Shown here: positions 18,348 through 26,671 of the stretch, piece after piece
Layout of the letters: each line of letters begins with the position of its first letter
How positions within the stretch are numbered: position 1 is the first letter of the stretch
Assembly (NCBI GenBank): GCA_964567625.1
Contig: CAZMNK010000004.1
Location: 1-63,186 of the forward strand
Direction of reading: 5' to 3'
Length of the DNA: 63,186 nt
DNA from: an uncultured Enterobacterales bacterium
GTDB taxonomy: Bacteria; Myxococcota_A; UBA796; CAJQPC01
Notes under the pieces: generated by a model
Database searches by the model: none
What the model was told of the DNA's origin: nothing
The model's input: the letters and a program-made list of their open reading frames with translations, nothing else
Made by a program: the position numbers and the translations under genes

Positions 18348-18403
18348 GCAGCCGAAAGCGAGAGGAGGGTCTGAGGCCTTCCCGCTGGCTCCCACTGGCT
18401 CTG

Positions 18404-19963
18404 GTGGTCCTGTGGCTGCCCTTCCTGGAACAGCCGCTGGTGCTCGACGAGGAGAGCTACCTGGCCATCACGGGCCAGATCGCGGACCACCCCTTCCGGC
18501 CCTATGACTGGTGGCGTCGATGGCAGCCCTGGGGTGCGGAACGGGTGGAGAACGCTTTCGTCTACGCTCATCCACCAGGGCACTTGTGGTGGGTCGGGGC
18601 CTGGCGTGGCCTGGTGGGCCAGGGACTCCTCCTGCGAATCCTGACCACCCTGCCCTGGGTTCTGCTCCTGGGATTCTCGATGGGGAAGCTCGCGGAGAAC
18701 GCCACCCGTCGGCCCCACACCGCGGCCTTCGTCTTTCTGGCATCGCCGGTGGTCCTGTTGGCGATCCACAGTGGACTCATGCCGGACCTGGGCACCGCAG
18801 CCCTGGGCACGGCGGGGATGGCGGCGTGGCGAGAAGCCCTGGGTCGAAGAGACCGGGTCCACCTGGAGTTTGCGGCTCTGGCCGGGGTCTTTCTGGGGTT
18901 GGCGTGTTCCTTCAAGTACCCGGCCCTGGTCCTGGTGCCGGTGATCGTCCTGCACGCCATCCAGAGACGACAATTCCGCCAGGCCTGGCCGGCCTGGGTG
19001 TCCTTTGGGTTGGTCTGGGGTTCCGTTGAACTGTTGCTGTGGGTTCAGTACGGGGGCTTCCACCTGTTCGAGGTCCTGGCCCGGGCACCGGAGATTGGTC
19101 GAGGGCCCCTGGCCGGTCGGGTATTCGGAACCCTGGTGCGCCTGGCGCTTGTGGTGTGCCCTGTGGTGTTGCTGGTGGCCAGTCGATGGCGGAGAGTCGG
19201 ACTGGTGGTCTTGCCACTGATGGCGGTGGCGGTGCTCCTGGTGGTGGGCCTGGACGAGTTGGGGCCGGTCCATGCTCCGTTTCTGATTCTCTTTGCGGCC
19301 GGTGGCATGCTGCTGGCCTCCCGTGCGGTCTGGGGACTGATGCCGCGGGCCTCCGAACGCCGGCGCCGGAAGAAGGATCGGGATGACCCTGTCCTGCTGG
19401 GGGGCTGGGCCCTGGCCGTGATCCTGGGGGTCATGCTGGGCCACAACTACGCCGGTGGGCGCTACTTGTTGTTGGCGGCCCCTCCCCTGGCCGTGCTGGT
19501 CGGTCGTACGGCGGAGAACACCCCGGGTGGCAAGCTGGTCGCTCGCATCAGCAGCCTGGTCTGGGTGTCTTTGGCCCTGGCCCTTGGACTTGCCCAGTCC
19601 CGCCAGGCCAAGGCAGTGGACCTGCTGGCGACCCGGGCCTCGGTCCAGGCGGAGACCGGGCGCTACACCGGCGAGTGGACCTTTCGTTGGCGGATGGAGC
19701 GTGAGGGATGGACGGCCTGGGTTCCCGGCGAGGAGTTGCCGGAGGGGGTCGTGTTGGCGGTACCGGTTCACAGTTCTCCGGCGCCGGTTCCCATGGAGCG
19801 GCTGACCCTGATCACCGAGCTTGTCGCCTCTGACCACCTGGGGTTGAGGGTCCTGGACCTGGAGGAGGGCATTGGCTACCACGCCGAGACCCTGGGCCCG
19901 CTTCCATTCGGGGTGGTGCGGGCACCGCTGGAGCGGGTGAGACTCTACGAGGTCGGACCGTGA
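18404..19963 (+). CDS. GT-C fold membrane glycosyltransferase (family 39 / ArnT-PMT-like)
   Basis: About 10 or more hydrophobic helices. The first-loop acidic motif LVLDEESYL resembles the DE/DD motif of ArnT/PMT enzymes. There is a C-terminal soluble domain. It is alignable by eye with the paralogue at 35254-36759. GTG start. Confidence 0.65.
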   Translation: MVLWLPFLEQPLVLDEESYLAITGQIADHPFRPYDWWRRWQPWGAERVENAFVYAHPPGHLWWVGAWRGLVGQGLLLRILTTLPWVLLLGFSMGKLAENATRRPHTAAFVFLASPVVLLAIHSGLMPDLGTAALGTAGMAAWREALGRRDRVHLEFAALAGVFLGLACSFKYPALVLVPVIVLHAIQRRQFRQAWPAWVSFGLVWGSVELLLWVQYGGFHLFEVLARAPEIGRGPLAGRVFGTLVRLALVVCPVVLLVASRWRRVGLVVLPLMAVAVLLVVGLDELGPVHAPFLILFAAGGMLLASRAVWGLMPRASERRRRKKDRDDPVLLGGWALAVILGVMLGHNYAGGRYLLLAAPPLAVLVGRTAENTPGGKLVARISSLVWVSLALALGLAQSRQAKAVDLLATRASVQAETGRYTGEWTFRWRMEREGWTAWVPGEELPEGVVLAVPVHSSPAPVPMERLTLITELVASDHLGLRVLDLEEGIGYHAETLGPLPFGVVRAPLERVRLYEVGP

Positions 19964-20787
19964 GCGCTGGCACCCGACCGCCCCCGAGCTTCGAGGCCAT
20001 CTTCCTGGGGCCAGCCCTGGATCGAGAGGCCACCCTGGATGCCTTTGTGGTCGGGCTGGCTCGGCGTCCCCTCGTCACGGTCAGCCTGTTGGTGCTGATC
20101 GTGTCCCTTCACCTGGGGGTGGGCGGACTGGACCACGCCGCCGGGCGCGTGGGGATCGGGGGAGCCCTCTTCTATGCGCGCAGTGCCGAGAGCCTGGCGG
20201 TGGCCGGTGCCCGCATCTCCGAAGCGGTGGCCATCGGCCAGTTGTGGCGGCTGGTCTCCTGCATTCTTCTGCACGTTGACTGGTTTCACCTGGGGCTGAA
20301 CGGCCTGGCCCTCTTTGGCCTGGGACGGATCTGCGAAGCGCTCTATGGCCGGGCCCGGTTGCTCACGCTCTTTGTCGTGTCCGGGCTCGGGGGGGCACTG
20401 CTCTCGCAGCTGGGGCCTGCATCGAGCAGTGTGGGGGCTTCCGGCGCGATTTTTGGCCTGATGGGGGCCTGTATGGCCTTTGGTTGGCGTTTCCGCGGTG
20501 TCCTGCCGACGGGTCTTCGAAAGCTCCTGGTCCGGGGACTCGCCCCCTGGGTGGTGTTGAACCTGGTCATCGGGTTCAGCGTGCCTCGCATCGACAACCT
20601 GGGTCACATCGGCGGGTTGTTTACGGGAGGGATCTGCGCCCTGCTCCTTCGGGATCGCGTCATCCCGGGCGAACCGCGTCAGAACAGCGCCAGAGGTGGA
20701 GCCCTGACGGGCCTGTGTGTGGGGCTGCTGTGCTGGAGCCTGATGAATGCAGGCTGGAGTGTGCAGGAGGCCTTGGGGTCGTTCTGA
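19960..20787 (+). CDS. rhomboid-family intramembrane serine protease
   Basis: LLHVDWFHLGLN (HxxxxHxxxN), catalytic GASGAIFGLMGA, and HIGGLFTGG. The GTG start overlaps the upstream stop (GTGA). Confidence 0.85.
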   Translation: MSAGTRPPPSFEAIFLGPALDREATLDAFVVGLARRPLVTVSLLVLIVSLHLGVGGLDHAAGRVGIGGALFYARSAESLAVAGARISEAVAIGQLWRLVSCILLHVDWFHLGLNGLALFGLGRICEALYGRARLLTLFVVSGLGGALLSQLGPASSSVGASGAIFGLMGACMAFGWRFRGVLPTGLRKLLVRGLAPWVVLNLVIGFSVPRIDNLGHIGGLFTGGICALLLRDRVIPGEPRQNSARGGALTGLCVGLLCWSLMNAGWSVQEALGSF

Positions 20788-20798
20788 ACCGCGGAGAG

Positions 20799-23072
20799 CT
20801 ATTGTTCGGACTTCGGACCTTCATTCTGAGTGGCCGGACTCTCCTCCTCCTGGGCCTCCATTTCTCGGAGCTTCTGGTCTGCCTTTTCCCGAAGTTCCCG
20901 TCGCTCGAGCTCTCCGAGGATCGTGGTGATGGCCCGCACGACGGAGAGGTGCAGTCCCACAAAGGACACGCCGTAGTACCAGTCCTTCTGTCTCGGAGCC
21001 TGGGCCTGTTCGTGGGACACCCTTATCTGGACCTTGAGCAGCTTTCCCTCGTAGGGCAGGAAGGTCTTGAGGACGAGTCGATGGAGAGGCGCCTTGAAGG
21101 TGGCCAGTTGCTGCTTCATCCGAATGCCGCACCCGCCCCCGGAGATGTTGACCAGGCGACCTCTTCCCACGCCCAGGAAGTCCAGTCCATCCAGGGCCCC
21201 GGCACCCACGATGCTCTCGACTCGCTCCCGGGCCTCCTCGGGAAGCGCGGACGCGTCCAGGGGCAGCAGGTTGTCGGGAATGATGGGTCCCCGTTGGTTC
21301 TTGTCCTGGACCTTCAAGGCACCTTCCTGCCCGAACCTCAGGCCTTCCATCGGGAAATCTTCCTGGAGCTTGAAGACCCAGACCGTCAGGTTGCCATGGA
21401 GTTGCATGCGGTGTTTGGAGCGCAGACTGAAGGCGACGACGTCATCGGGTTCATCCACGACCATGGTGGCCGGTCCGCCGCCGGCCGCCCCCATGCAGTG
21501 CTCTTCGAGCACGACGGTGTGGAAGATGTATCGGGCGTCATGTCGGGCCAGCTCGATGTGGACGGGTGCCCCGATATCGATCGGGGCGGTCTCAAGAGGC
21601 GCTGCGAATCGGATGGTCAGTTTCCCGCTTCTGTGGCTGATGGAGACCTTCTCTGTGGACAAGATCTCGAAGCCATCCTGCTTGATCGAGAGGGTTGCGT
21701 GCCGGCCGAGGATCTTCTGGAGTGGCTGTTCGGGCTGGGCATAGTCCAGCTGGGTCTCGGGCCTGAGTTGGCCGACCAGGTACCAGAAGTGGTTGATGAA
21801 CTCCCGCCCTCCCTGTGGGAACAGGTGGTGGATGTTCTGTCCCACAGCCAGGCGCAGGCCCTCCTCTGATTTCCCGTCGTGGATTCGCTTGATGCCCGAG
21901 AGGGGTTGCTGCCACAGCGTGCCCTTGCCCGGCTTCAAGAGCAAGACGGTGTCTGTGGTGACGATCAGCCAACCGGCAGAGAAGGCGCTTTCCCCGTGGT
22001 GCAGCAGACACCACTCGATCAGGTAGAAGTGCTTGGAGTTGCTCGAGAGACCAGCCTTGCGCAGTGCAGCCCTTGCCTTGTCGTCGTCGACGGCAGACTG
22101 GCGCTCATCGACAAAGAGAGGCTCTTGCCGGGCGGACATCAACAGCATGCGGAGCTGTGCCAGCCGCTGTTGAGGGTCTGTCACCATGAAGACCGTGTCC
22201 TGGTCCTTGATGTCGGTGATCACGAGCCTCTGTTCGGGCCAACCCTGGATATCGACCTTCAAGATCCGGGGGATGTCGAGGTCGATGGTCTGGGCGCCCA
22301 CAAGGCTGTCCAGTTGGGAGGTCGGGCAGAACAGAACTCGGTCCTGGTTGGCCAGGAGGTTGCCCTTGATCGCCAGTGGGCCCTTGTACAGCCTTCCCTC
22401 GCACTCGAACCCGACCGTGGTTCCTTCCAGGTGACCGCTGAGGGACTGCAGAAGCAGGAACAACCTGGAGGTGTTGGAACCGCCGAGGACGACGTCCTTG
22501 CCATCAATGACCATCTCCAGCTTGTTTGCCAGGGTGTTGTAGCGGCTGGTTTCGACCTGGTGGAGTTCGGCGTCGATGTCCAAGGCCCCGAGCAGCGCTG
22601 TCTCCAGGCCCTTCTTGGTCTCCAGGCGCAGGCGTTTGTCGGTGAGCACGGCAAGGCCCTTGGTGCTCAGGTTGCCCTTCAGGTAGATCAGGACGTCTTC
22701 CTGGAAGAGCACGGTCTCCTCGAGCGCGGCCCGATCTTCCTCTGTCAGGGCCTGACCCCCCTCGGCGGCCACATGCAGGTCCAGTCGTTCCTTCATCCGG
22801 TGTGCCCCGACCCCGGAGAAGCGGTGGGTCTTGCCTGACACCGTGACGGTCAGCATCTTGTTGACGCTTGTCAGCCCCACCCCTTCGACGAACTTGAGCT
22901 TGATTCCCAGCGGCCTGGCCCCGGCCAGCCTGCTCAGGCCGCGAGTCGGGATCCAGACAAGGCGCAGGGTGGTCAGGGTCAACTCACCCTGGAACGCCAC
23001 TGGCCCCTTGTGGAGAAGGCAGTTGTCAGCGGTGACGACACGTTCGTCAGGCTTCAACTTGAGCTTCGCCAT
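20799..23072 (-). CDS. multi-PH/GRAM-like repeat protein with C-terminal PilZ-like (c-di-GMP receptor) domain
   Basis: 757 aa. There are four repeats of a ~90-aa module (e.g. CLLHKGPVAFQGELTLTTLRLVWIP, IYLKGNLSTKGLAVLTDKRLRLE, RLYKGPLAIKGNLLANQDRVLFCP, CLLHHGESAFSAGWLIVTTDTVLLLKP). The C-terminus has LRSKHRMQL (RxxxR), LVNISGGGCGIRM (NxSxxG) and WYYGVSFVGL, typical of a PilZ barrel. Confidence 0.65.
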   Translation of the reverse strand: MAKLKLKPDERVVTADNCLLHKGPVAFQGELTLTTLRLVWIPTRGLSRLAGARPLGIKLKFVEGVGLTSVNKMLTVTVSGKTHRFSGVGAHRMKERLDLHVAAEGGQALTEEDRAALEETVLFQEDVLIYLKGNLSTKGLAVLTDKRLRLETKKGLETALLGALDIDAELHQVETSRYNTLANKLEMVIDGKDVVLGGSNTSRLFLLLQSLSGHLEGTTVGFECEGRLYKGPLAIKGNLLANQDRVLFCPTSQLDSLVGAQTIDLDIPRILKVDIQGWPEQRLVITDIKDQDTVFMVTDPQQRLAQLRMLLMSARQEPLFVDERQSAVDDDKARAALRKAGLSSNSKHFYLIEWCLLHHGESAFSAGWLIVTTDTVLLLKPGKGTLWQQPLSGIKRIHDGKSEEGLRLAVGQNIHHLFPQGGREFINHFWYLVGQLRPETQLDYAQPEQPLQKILGRHATLSIKQDGFEILSTEKVSISHRSGKLTIRFAAPLETAPIDIGAPVHIELARHDARYIFHTVVLEEHCMGAAGGGPATMVVDEPDDVVAFSLRSKHRMQLHGNLTVWVFKLQEDFPMEGLRFGQEGALKVQDKNQRGPIIPDNLLPLDASALPEEARERVESIVGAGALDGLDFLGVGRGRLVNISGGGCGIRMKQQLATFKAPLHRLVLKTFLPYEGKLLKVQIRVSHEQAQAPRQKDWYYGVSFVGLHLSVVRAITTILGELERRELREKADQKLREMEAQEEESPATQNEGPKSEQ

Positions 23073-23196
23073 CCTCCAACTCGCCCGTCAATGGAGGCAA
23101 CCATCGCCTCGACCCCTGATATCATCATTTCCGATGATGGGTAGGGGCGGCAATTCACCGCCGGTCAAGAGTCTCTTTCATCTCCCTGTTGTTCGT

Positions 23197-23868
23197 TCAG
23201 ATCAGCCCGACATCGGCGAGCAGGAGCTGGACAACAGACTTCAGCATCTGGACACGATGGGGCTCTTCGAATCCCATCCATGTCTCCACACAGACACCCA
23301 CGCAGTCGATCGCTTCCACGATCACCTCGGTGCTGCTGGTGGCCACCGGGTAGTACAGGGGCGCCCAGTGCTCTTCGTCGCTCGAAAATCGAATGTTGAG
23401 CTGGTCGATCACCCGTCCCAGGATCGGTGGCATCGGCTTGACGCCGTAGACCAGGGTCTGGCCAAAAGACGGGACGACCTGGGGGTCGAAGCGCTTGTGG
23501 GACTCGTGGAGGGTGGCGACCAGGGTGGGGCGTTCATCGAGGACGAGATCCATGAACTGCCTGGCCAGCCGGCGTTCCCGGTCTGGCGACTCCGCGTCCC
23601 CGGGGAAGCAGCGGTTCAGGTCCAGTCCCCCCGGCGCCGCGCGCTGCCTGGCCCGGTAGGCGGGGGGGTTCATGACAGGGACCACGATCAACTTTCCCCG
23701 CCGGGGGGCCAGGTCTTCCTCCAGCAACTCGAAGAGCGCATGAGCTCCTGCGATCTCATCGCCGTGAATGCAGGCCTGGACCAGGGCCGTGGGGCCGGGC
23801 TGGGCGGCCTCGATCACGTGCAAGGGCAGGGTTGGAGAAAAGTGGTGGATTCCGTGAGAGAGCGGCAT
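23197..23868 (-). CDS. succinylglutamate desuccinylase / aspartoacylase-family zinc hydrolase
   Basis: Start taken at MPLSHGIHHF (ATG, complement of 23866-23868). The track's 375-aa version has an R/P-rich false extension. Motifs: CIHGDEIAG (Zn ligands), GGLDLNRCFPG, TLHESH. Confidence 0.75.
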   Translation of the reverse strand: MPLSHGIHHFSPTLPLHVIEAAQPGPTALVQACIHGDEIAGAHALFELLEEDLAPRRGKLIVVPVMNPPAYRARQRAAPGGLDLNRCFPGDAESPDRERRLARQFMDLVLDERPTLVATLHESHKRFDPQVVPSFGQTLVYGVKPMPPILGRVIDQLNIRFSSDEEHWAPLYYPVATSSTEVIVEAIDCVGVCVETWMGFEEPHRVQMLKSVVQLLLADVGLI

Positions 23869-23897
23869 CGACCGACGATAGCCTGTTGATACCCTGG

Positions 23898-25088
23898 TTG
23901 ACCTTGACGACCGACTTGCCTGTCCCTGAGACCGTCTTCTCCGAGATGGTGCGTGTGCGCCGGGATCTGCACCGGCACCCTGAACTCTCCTGGGACGAGC
24001 ATCGAACGGCTGACGTGCTCCAGACCGAGTTGGGTGAGTTGGGATTGACCTCCCGTCGGGTCGGAGGGACCGGGGTGGTCGTGGACCTTCCGGGACCGGA
24101 GGGCGTCCCTCGGGTGGCCTTGCGGGCGGACACGGACGCGCTTCCAGTCCAGGAGGAGACCGGGTTGGCCTTCTCTTCGGTGAACGACGGTGTGATGCAC
24201 GCCTGCGGTCACGATGGACACAGCAGCATGCTCCTGGGGGCTGCTGCACTGCTTCGGCGTGGGCCACTCCCCGCTCCGGTTCGGCTGATCTGGCAGCCCG
24301 CGGAAGAGCAGGCCACCGGTGCAAGGGCCTTGATCGAGGGGGGCTGCCTGGAGGACGTGGGCCTGATCTTTGGAGGGCACATCGATCGGCGCTACGATGC
24401 GGGCCAACTGGTGGTGACCGATGGCCCGGTCAACGCGTCCACCGACACGTTCGCCATCGAACTTCGGGGCCGTGCGGGTCACGGGGCTCGGCCTCATGAA
24501 GCCGTCGACACAGTGGTGATCGGCAGCGCACTGGTCATGGCGCTCCAGACCATCGTGTCCCGCGAGATCAACCCGGCCCACCCAGCGGTGCTCAGCGTCG
24601 GCATCTTCCAGGCAGGCCAGGCCCCCAACATCATCGCAGGACAGGCGCGGCTCGAAGGCACCCTGCGGACCCAGGACCCGGCGGTGCGAGAGCAGCTTCG
24701 CCAGGCCGTGGTGCGGATTGCGGAGTCGGTCGGAGCCCAGCAGGGTGCCCGGGTGAGCGTGTCTCTGACGGAGGGCACCCCGCCCTTGAAGAATGCCCCC
24801 GGTCCCACTTCGATCGCCCGATCGGCCGCTGTGGAGATTGTGGGTCTGGACCGGGTTGTTCCCCTGGCCTGCGCCAACATGGGGGGCGATGACTTCGCCT
24901 TCTTCCTGCGTCATGTGCCGGGTTGCTACATCCGCTTCGGAGCGCGACCACCGGGGGGAGAGGATTGTCCGGCCCACAGCGGCCGCTTCGACTTTGACGA
25001 GACCGCCCTGGCGACAGGAGCCGCCTGGTTTGTGGCGGTCGCTCGCCGGGGTGCGGAGGCGCTGGCCGCTCAACACCCGGGCCCCTGA
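23898..25088 (+). CDS. M20D-family amidohydrolase (N-acyl-amino-acid / hippurate hydrolase-like)
   Basis: VRRDLHRHPELSWDEHRT, LRADTDALP, VMHACGHDGH, GTLRT. Start uncertain: TTG at 23898 or ATG at 23946. The track start 23832 would overlap the divergent gene. Confidence 0.85.
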   Translation: MTLTTDLPVPETVFSEMVRVRRDLHRHPELSWDEHRTADVLQTELGELGLTSRRVGGTGVVVDLPGPEGVPRVALRADTDALPVQEETGLAFSSVNDGVMHACGHDGHSSMLLGAAALLRRGPLPAPVRLIWQPAEEQATGARALIEGGCLEDVGLIFGGHIDRRYDAGQLVVTDGPVNASTDTFAIELRGRAGHGARPHEAVDTVVIGSALVMALQTIVSREINPAHPAVLSVGIFQAGQAPNIIAGQARLEGTLRTQDPAVREQLRQAVVRIAESVGAQQGARVSVSLTEGTPPLKNAPGPTSIARSAAVEIVGLDRVVPLACANMGGDDFAFFLRHVPGCYIRFGARPPGGEDCPAHSGRFDFDETALATGAAWFVAVARRGAEALAAQHPGP

Positions 25089-25171
25089 GTCTCTCGGGCC
25101 CCGAAAACCAACGCCTGGAGGGTGGCTACAGTTGCGGCCCTTCCCCGGGGCGTGGCTATCCTGGGTCCGCA

Positions 25172-26617
25172 ATGTGGTGGCTGATTTCTCTTTTCGCCTG
25201 CTCCAGTGGTGGAGATGACACCGGGACCGGGGATGACGTGACCTGTGATCACGGCGATGTGAACCGGGATTTCGGGTTCATGGGAATCGACGTGAACACG
25301 GAAAACGCCCTGCCCCATCATGTTTCCTTTTCGGTGAAGCTGACGGCAAGCGCCTCGCTGGCACTGTCCTGCATCCTGGATTCCGACACCGCGGAGGTTC
25401 ACCAGCTCGGCTCAGATCAGGCCATCTGCCACGAACTGGACCTTCATGGGTTGTTGCCGGACCAGGACTACACCTGTTCCCTGACCTCGCTGGAGGTCAC
25501 CGAAGAAGTTCGGGTGCGCACCGCGGAACAGGTGGCGCACATTCCGGAGACCAGTGTGGCCGAACACGATGAGAGCCGCCGCACCGGGGCCTATACCCTG
25601 GTGTCCCACCTGGAAAAGACGGCAGAACCCAACCAGCTCAAGCTGCTGATCCTGGATCCCGAGGGCCGAGTGCGGTGGTTCCACTTCCTGGATCCTGGCC
25701 ACGCCGGGGATCTGGACCACCAGTTCCTCGAGGATGAGCACATCTTCTATGGGGGTGCCTCCGGCATACCGCCCTCGATCGTGACCCTCTCGGGAAAGAT
25801 GGAGTGGGTGGCACCGGGCCCTTCGACCGAGGGCCGTACCCATCACCACATGGAATTGTTGGATGACGGGGATGTGCTGATGCTGTCGAGCATTCGCAAC
25901 ACCGACGAAATCGGGGAGTTCACCGGGTTTGCGGTGGAGAAGGTCGACCTGTATGCGAACACCGTGCGCTGGACCGTTGACAGCCAGGTGGCCGTGGATT
26001 CGGGGCAGTTGGGTCGTCAGGATGACGATGCAGACCCCTGGCATCCCAACGCCCTGGTTCCGATCGAGGACAGCGATGGGGAGGGGGTGCTGGTCAGCCT
26101 GTTCGAGATGGGTCAGATCGTGCGCATGAGCCCCGAGACCGACGAGGTCCTCTGGCGGATCGGCAATCCCGGAAACTTCACCCTGCTCGACAGTGCCGGA
26201 GTGCCCCAGGCCGCCTCGAACTGGTTCACAGCCTCGCATGCGCCGGAGCTAAACGGGGACCTTCTCCTGCTCTATGACAATGGCACCCGGCTCACTGGCA
26301 GCCGGATCGTTGAAATGGAACTGGATCTGGATGGCTGGACCGCCCGAGAGACGTGGAGCTGGACCGAGGAGGGCTGGCAGGAGCCCATCTGGGGGGATGT
26401 GGACGACCTGGGCAACGGCCACCTGCTGATCACCCGCGGACACTGCGACGAATGCGGGGGTGCAAACCCGGATTCGCGCTCCGAAATCCTCGAGATGGAT
26501 CGGGAAACCAGAGAAGTTGTCTGGCGAGTGCGCTTTCCCAATGCAGACGATGGTCTGTATCGCTCGGAGCGAATTGACGGCTGCGATCTCTTTGCCAACC
26601 TTCAATATTGCGAGTGA
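25172..26617 (+). CDS. arylsulfotransferase (ASST)-like beta-propeller lipoprotein, paralogue 1
   Basis: Lipobox SLFACSS. Blocks are shared with 28861-30288: KLLILDPEGRVRWFHFL, GRTHHHMELLDDGDVL, GHCDECGGANPDSRSEILE, YRSERIDGCDLFANLQYC. Confidence 0.65.
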   Translation: MWWLISLFACSSGGDDTGTGDDVTCDHGDVNRDFGFMGIDVNTENALPHHVSFSVKLTASASLALSCILDSDTAEVHQLGSDQAICHELDLHGLLPDQDYTCSLTSLEVTEEVRVRTAEQVAHIPETSVAEHDESRRTGAYTLVSHLEKTAEPNQLKLLILDPEGRVRWFHFLDPGHAGDLDHQFLEDEHIFYGGASGIPPSIVTLSGKMEWVAPGPSTEGRTHHHMELLDDGDVLMLSSIRNTDEIGEFTGFAVEKVDLYANTVRWTVDSQVAVDSGQLGRQDDDADPWHPNALVPIEDSDGEGVLVSLFEMGQIVRMSPETDEVLWRIGNPGNFTLLDSAGVPQAASNWFTASHAPELNGDLLLLYDNGTRLTGSRIVEMELDLDGWTARETWSWTEEGWQEPIWGDVDDLGNGHLLITRGHCDECGGANPDSRSEILEMDRETREVVWRVRFPNADDGLYRSERIDGCDLFANLQYCE

Positions 26618-26671
26618 GCCTTGTGGGCAGAGGAGATTCGGTAGACTCGGGGCATAAGCGCCGACACAAAT

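Noticed and set aside
18173-19882. 569-aa minus-strand ORF
   Set aside because: It is an R/Q/P/G/H-rich shadow of the GT-C membrane protein gene on the plus strand (18404-19963).
20484-21869. 461-aa plus-strand ORF, and 21879-22838 (319 aa)
   Set aside because: They are antisense to the PH/PilZ protein. They have no motifs and skewed composition.
23814-25172. 452-aa minus-strand ORF
   Set aside because: It is antisense to the M20 amidohydrolase, which has clear family motifs.
25344-25360. Sigma-54-like TGGCAC-N5-TGCA element
   Set aside because: The GG-to-GC spacing is off by one from the -24/-12 consensus, and the element lies inside the ASST-like coding sequence.
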